64,000 nucleotides of DNA. Origin: Spirochaetia bacterium. GTDB lineage: Bacteria > Spirochaetota > Spirochaetia > WTKD01 > G963693115. A model generated the notes under the pieces. That model had not been told where the DNA came from, ran no database searches, and was given only the letters and a program-made list of their open reading frames with translations. Location: assembly GCA_965226055.1 (NCBI GenBank), contig CBDDCA010000006.1:224001-288000 (forward strand), in the 5' to 3' direction. Below, piece by piece: positions 59,797-64,000 of this stretch. Each line of letters starts with the position of its first letter. Position 1 is the first letter of the stretch. A program made the position numbers and the translations under genes.

Positions 59797-61047
59797 TTAC
59801 TGTAATGTAGCAAAAGTTTCCGTAAGCTTTACAACAAACTGATCTTCGGTCAATTCTTTTTTTGCAAACTGTTCAAACAATGGGCCAAGTACATTGTCTC
59901 TAAAATCTCCGGGTAAATAGTATTGATTCCATGCATATGTTTTTCCTTCATTCACCCATTCCAGTAAAGATGCAGATAATGGCGCTTTTGGAGTAAGACT
60001 AACATTAGTAAAGGCAGGTATAGCTTGAATTTTATTTACCATATAATCATGGCCCTGTGGTGTTTCAGCCATAAATCGTAAGAACGCTTTTGCTTTACTT
60101 GCATTCCCGTACTTGTTGACTACATACCATGTTGGAGGATTCACAAACACTCCATCTGTATCTTCAAACGAAGAACCATGTGGAGCATATGCACGAGGAA
60201 ATGTCACGTTTGCATTTGCTAAGTTTGGTTCAATCCAATTTCCTTGATGAATAAATGCTGCTTTCTGAGTAGCAAAGGCATTGACTTGTGCATCATAGTC
60301 TCCTGCCACTAGCACTCGTTGATCAGAGTAATCAAATAATAGCTTTACCCACATTACATATTCTCTTAATCGTTCTTTTTCTACTTTTCCTTCAAGTGCT
60401 TTCTCTACAACAGAAAGATCATTTCTTGCTAAGCCATTCGAAAGGTACGAGTTTATATTATGATGAGATGTTACCCAATGCATACCAGAACCTGCAGTCA
60501 TAGATACTACACTGTCAAGACCTAATACTTCTTTCATATCATCAAGCTCTTCAAACGCAGCCTTGTATGCATGATAATTAGTGAGTAATGCAGGATCAAT
60601 GCCTGCCATATCAAGTATTTGTGCGTTATACCCCATGCCCCATCCCTCAATGGCTATGGGAAAACCAACAATTTTATCATCAACTTCAAATCCTACATCA
60701 GTGTATTGAGTCCACGATTCATCAGAAAGATCATCTATGTATTCTGACCATGTTTGGTATCCTTCTTTTCCATCAATGACAAATATATCTGGGGCTTCGC
60801 CTGCATTGATATCGGCTCGCAACTGAGTAGTGAGACTACAAGAATCACCTCCACATGTTTTGACCACTACTTTCATTCCTGTAGATTGCCTAAACACTTC
60901 AGCAAACTCTTTGAGCTGAGCATCAATTTCAACTTTGTTATGCATAATTATAATAGGACGATCTTTAGTATCTTCATTTGATCCTCCTGCCCACGCTACA
61001 GTACTGATGTATACTATCAGTAAAAAATATATACCTATTTTCTTCAT
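59797..61047 (-). CDS. Oligosaccharide ABC transporter substrate-binding protein
   Basis: AWAGGSNE signal, APDIF, GFPIAIEGWGMGYN, HQGNW. Confidence 0.9.
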   Translation of the reverse strand: MKKIGIYFLLIVYISTVAWAGGSNEDTKDRPIIIMHNKVEIDAQLKEFAEVFRQSTGMKVVVKTCGGDSCSLTTQLRADINAGEAPDIFVIDGKEGYQTWSEYIDDLSDESWTQYTDVGFEVDDKIVGFPIAIEGWGMGYNAQILDMAGIDPALLTNYHAYKAAFEELDDMKEVLGLDSVVSMTAGSGMHWVTSHHNINSYLSNGLARNDLSVVEKALEGKVEKERLREYVMWVKLLFDYSDQRVLVAGDYDAQVNAFATQKAAFIHQGNWIEPNLANANVTFPRAYAPHGSSFEDTDGVFVNPPTWYVVNKYGNASKAKAFLRFMAETPQGHDYMVNKIQAIPAFTNVSLTPKAPLSASLLEWVNEGKTYAWNQYYLPGDFRDNVLGPLFEQFAKKELTEDQFVVKLTETFATLQ

Positions 61048-61116
61048 AAATTACTCCTTTAATTATTATTAGTATATCATATATGTACATATTATATTTT
61101 TATAACAAGAAAATAT

Positions 61117-61151
61117 CACGAGTTCAAGGATTAAATGCGACAAAGGAGCAA
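61117..61151 (+). repeat. Partial copy of the dispersed palindromic element
   Basis: 33/35 identity to 44036-44070. Confidence 0.75.
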
Positions 61152-61297
61152 GAAACATAAAACAAGCATATTTTTTATTAGCTACTACATATAGTGTATA
61201 TTTAGTATATAATTTTCAATTTAAGCACTAGAGAAATTTGCTTTATTTTTATATTAATGCTATACTAAATGCAGAATAATAAGAGAACAATAACATT

Positions 61298-61531
61298 ATG
61301 AGTGTACAAGCAAAAACTGATACAAAAGAAACTACTTTAATTTTAAATAATACCGATAAGGAAAATTTGGAAAGATGTTTCTCGGAATGGAAATTCAAAG
61401 ATTATCAAAGCCTTATGAGGTTCGTATCATCTATTTTAATTGAGAGCGAAGATAAAATAACAATAGGCATTAAGAAAAGTGGAGTGCTAAAAGAATTTTC
61501 ACCAGCAGATCATTTACTAAAAGATTCATAA
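61298..61531 (+). CDS. Small hypothetical protein (possible ribbon-helix-helix)
   Basis: 77-aa ORF abutting the next ATG (TAA-ATG); strand-helix-helix pattern judged by eye. Confidence 0.6.
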   Translation: MSVQAKTDTKETTLILNNTDKENLERCFSEWKFKDYQSLMRFVSSILIESEDKITIGIKKSGVLKEFSPADHLLKDS

Positions 61532-61876
61532 ATGGCAGATAATCAAAACAATAAACCTAATGCTGAGTATAGCATTGAACATCAATTAAAGGAGTTAAAG
61601 CAAGATATAATTACCCCTCATAAATTTGCAAAGATATTTTCTGATGCTATGCGTGAATCAAAAGGTTTAGATGAAAGTATACAAAAATGCTTAAAAGAGC
61701 TTATAGCTAAAGATGATGATATTAAAAAGGAAATTTTTGAGAGAATAAAAGATTACATCAAAGAAGAAAGAAAGTTATTTAATACATCAGTATGGAAAAC
61801 ATCTAAAGACATTATTCTTTTAATTGTAGGTGCTGGAATATCGTTTTTATTTACATGGCTAGCAAAGTTTCTTTAA
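61532..61876 (+). CDS. Hypothetical helical protein with C-terminal TM segment
   Basis: 114-aa ORF ending IILLIVGAGISFLFTWLAKFL. Confidence 0.65.
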   Translation: MADNQNNKPNAEYSIEHQLKELKQDIITPHKFAKIFSDAMRESKGLDESIQKCLKELIAKDDDIKKEIFERIKDYIKEERKLFNTSVWKTSKDIILLIVGAGISFLFTWLAKFL

Positions 61877-61923
61877 GTAGCTAAAAAGAAGCTATACATT
61901 TGATACCGCACTTGATACCACGA

Positions 61924-62610
61924 CTACTCTCTCTGTAAGTGCTCTATAATCATTTCTTTTGCTTCTGAAATCTCTAATAACGATGTTATAAAATAGTGCA
62001 TATTCTCTTTTTGATGGAATTTTCTCTCATTGACTATCTCATCATAGTTAATACACAGTAAACTACACAGCTCTTCTCCTGTATATGCCTCATACTCATT
62101 TATCTTATTCTTGAAGCCTGTCACTATCTGTTTTTTGTCTGTTACATTAAAAGAACACATCACAGGAGTAACGGTAAACTGTATTTCTCGTGATATAAAA
62201 TTAATATATTCGTGTAAATGCCGTCTCTCTCCCGCTGATTTTTTAGTATCAAATTGATCTCCATCTTTTACTTCTATGACATAACAATTCTGCACATTCT
62301 GTTTTGTTTTTTGGAATGCTACAAAATCAGGCTCAAAAGATTTCTGAGCTATTAAGGATTTTTTTATTTGTTGTTTGTTCGCTACCCATATTCCTTCTGG
62401 ATAGGAATCTGACTTTAGATAAGAGTCAATATCTGTTATTTGATTACAACGCTCCCATATAATCTTTTCTAGTTCATTCCCTGCTGATATTACTGTAGCT
62501 TGTAACTTACTTATCAAGTTACCTAGCTTTTCATTCCCTACTATTCTTGTATAACCACTTGGAGACTGTTTCGTATCTCTTCCTTTTGCTTCACTGAGAA
62601 GAGCATTCAT
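61924..62610 (-). CDS. Putative type II restriction endonuclease (PD-(D/E)xK)
   Basis: EPDF...[15 protein letters not shown] motif; ATGA overlap with the methyltransferase. Confidence 0.7.
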   Translation of the reverse strand: MNALLSEAKGRDTKQSPSGYTRIVGNEKLGNLISKLQATVISAGNELEKIIWERCNQITDIDSYLKSDSYPEGIWVANKQQIKKSLIAQKSFEPDFVAFQKTKQNVQNCYVIEVKDGDQFDTKKSAGERRHLHEYINFISREIQFTVTPVMCSFNVTDKKQIVTGFKNKINEYEAYTGEELCSLLCINYDEIVNERKFHQKENMHYFITSLLEISEAKEMIIEHLQRE

Positions 62611-63320
62611 GTTTCTATTATATCACATCCTAAAAAATTTCTGTTTGATTTTTTACATGCTTCAAATACAGAAAAACTACCGCTTGCAGGGTCTATTACT
62701 ATATCATCCTCATTTGTTACTGCTTCAATCAATGCTTTTTGTAGCTCTATTGGCTTGTTATGAGCATGATTTCTCTCTACTTTCTCATCCCATACATCTC
62801 TTATAGTATGAACAGTCCATACTCCCTTTGCTCTTTTAGGAGCTTTCTGAATAACATATACATATTCTGATACTCGCCTTGTTCTATACCCCATCCCTAT
62901 TCTTTGTTTATTCCATGTTATAAGATCCACTATTTCTAAATGAGTTTCTACTAACCACTTACTAATACCATTACACAAAATAAATTTGTCTACCCATAAA
63001 AAACAATGCCCCATAGGATGCAATACTCTATCTATCTCTTTTATAAACTTGTCTATTATTTTATCTGTCATCTGTGGCAAAATAGCTCTCGCTTTTTGCC
63101 GCTCCCCTTCATTTCCATATCCTTGCTTATCTAAGATTCCTCTATACTGAGGATCAAAAAATACTACTGGGAATGTATTACTATCCAACTTAGAAAGAAG
63201 ATCTAAGCCATCCATCTGCATTTTTGTGTTTAGTGTTAGTCCTTTCGCTAATGTTATATCTCCTTGCTTAATATCTCGCTTACTCGAATATACATTATTG
63301 GGATTATACTGTGCTTTCAT
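62607..63320 (-). CDS. Site-specific DNA methyltransferase (N6A/N4C, beta-class motif order)
   Basis: Motif [17 protein letters not shown], motif [18 protein letters not shown]. Confidence 0.9.
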   Translation of the reverse strand: MKAQYNPNNVYSSKRDIKQGDITLAKGLTLNTKMQMDGLDLLSKLDSNTFPVVFFDPQYRGILDKQGYGNEGERQKARAILPQMTDKIIDKFIKEIDRVLHPMGHCFLWVDKFILCNGISKWLVETHLEIVDLITWNKQRIGMGYRTRRVSEYVYVIQKAPKRAKGVWTVHTIRDVWDEKVERNHAHNKPIELQKALIEAVTNEDDIVIDPASGSFSVFEACKKSNRNFLGCDIIET

Positions 63321-64000
63321 GATAAGAGAGAATAGTAGCTTTGTAACACTGGATGAGGATCTCCTTTCAACAAAGTATGTGTTAGTACTTTTCCTAACTG
63401 CACCCCTTCTTGATCAAAAGAATTGATGTTCCATAAGAACCCTTGAAACATTACTTTATTTTCAAAGTGTGAAAGTAACGCACCAAGTGTGTACGGAGTT
63501 GCCATATCAGCATACAATACACTGGAAGGACGATTTCCTATAAACAGCTTATGTGCATTATCATTATCCTTTCCCATTGAAAACGCCACTATCTGTGCTG
63601 CTAAGTTTGCCAACAGCTTTTGTTGACTTGTAGAGCCTTCATAGGATATATCATGTTGCATCTGAGAATGAGTAAACGCTATAAACTGTAATGGTACAAT
63701 ATCAGTTCCCTGATGTAATAGCTGATAAAAACTATGCTGTCCGTTTGTCCCTGGTTCTCCAAACACTACCGGTCCAGTAGTATAGTCAATACGTTCCCCA
63801 AAACGATTTACTTGTTTTCCATTACTCTCCATATCAAGCTGTTGTAAATGAGCAGGAAAACGAGATAACGCCTGACTATACGGAAGCACTGCAGTGTAAG
63901 GATACTTAAGAACATTACGTTCGTACACACCAATAAGAGCATCTATCATTGCAGGATTTTGCATAACAGGAGCAGTATACGCTATCTTATCACTCTCATG
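63317..64000 (-). CDS. pgi: Glucose-6-phosphate isomerase (3' part; 5' end outside the window)
   Basis: [41 protein letters not shown]; frame open to the window edge. Confidence 0.96.
   Translation of the reverse strand, partial: HESDKIAYTAPVMQNPAMIDALIGVYERNVLKYPYTAVLPYSQALSRFPAHLQQLDMESNGKQVNRFGERIDYTTGPVVFGEPGTNGQHSFYQLLHQGTDIVPLQFIAFTHSQMQHDISYEGSTSQQKLLANLAAQIVAFSMGKDNDNAHKLFIGNRPSSVLYADMATPYTLGALLSHFENKVMFQGFLWNINSFDQEGVQLGKVLTHTLLKGDPHPVLQSYYSLLS

Noticed and set aside
61900-61919. Short direct repeat TTGATACC x2 after the REase
   Set aside because: Only 8 bp, with no matching copy seen at the other end of the R-M pair

Overview
AT-rich chromosomal window, most likely from a host-associated spirochaete. 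This is inferred from sugar-binding proteins with 'FAGGNQE/AWAGGSNE' N-termini, the rpoN-hprK-ptsH order, a FliG1-like gene, a short ThrRS and a Borrelia Bdr-like repeat protein. Core genes (valS, thrS, nrdAB, gmd/fcl, holA, ptsH, hprK, rpoN, coaX, pgi, sugar ABC systems, two GH4 glycosidases) are interspersed with accessory blocks. These include an intact IS481-family element with a 14-bp target duplication, a decayed IS1595/IS1016-like element, a type II R-M pair, an ImmA/IrrE pair, a frameshifted TPR-DUF2971 gene and four modular surface lipoproteins built from shared FN3-like, DUF285 and Ig-like modules (up to 2822 aa). The most notable signals are: (1) a steroid 5-alpha-reductase next to a 3beta-HSD-like SDR inside a core operon, a candidate sterol-to-stanol pathway; (2) an NrdB carrying the full Chlamydia-type class Ic (Mn/Fe, tyrosyl-radical-free) signature; (3) a dispersed imperfect-palindrome repeat (~35-105 bp, up to six copies) at the borders of accessory genes; (4) module shuffling and amplification among the surface lipoproteins, with a SecB-like gene directly upstream of the largest. 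No tRNA, rRNA or CRISPR array was recognised. All assignments come from motif reading by eye, with no database searches.
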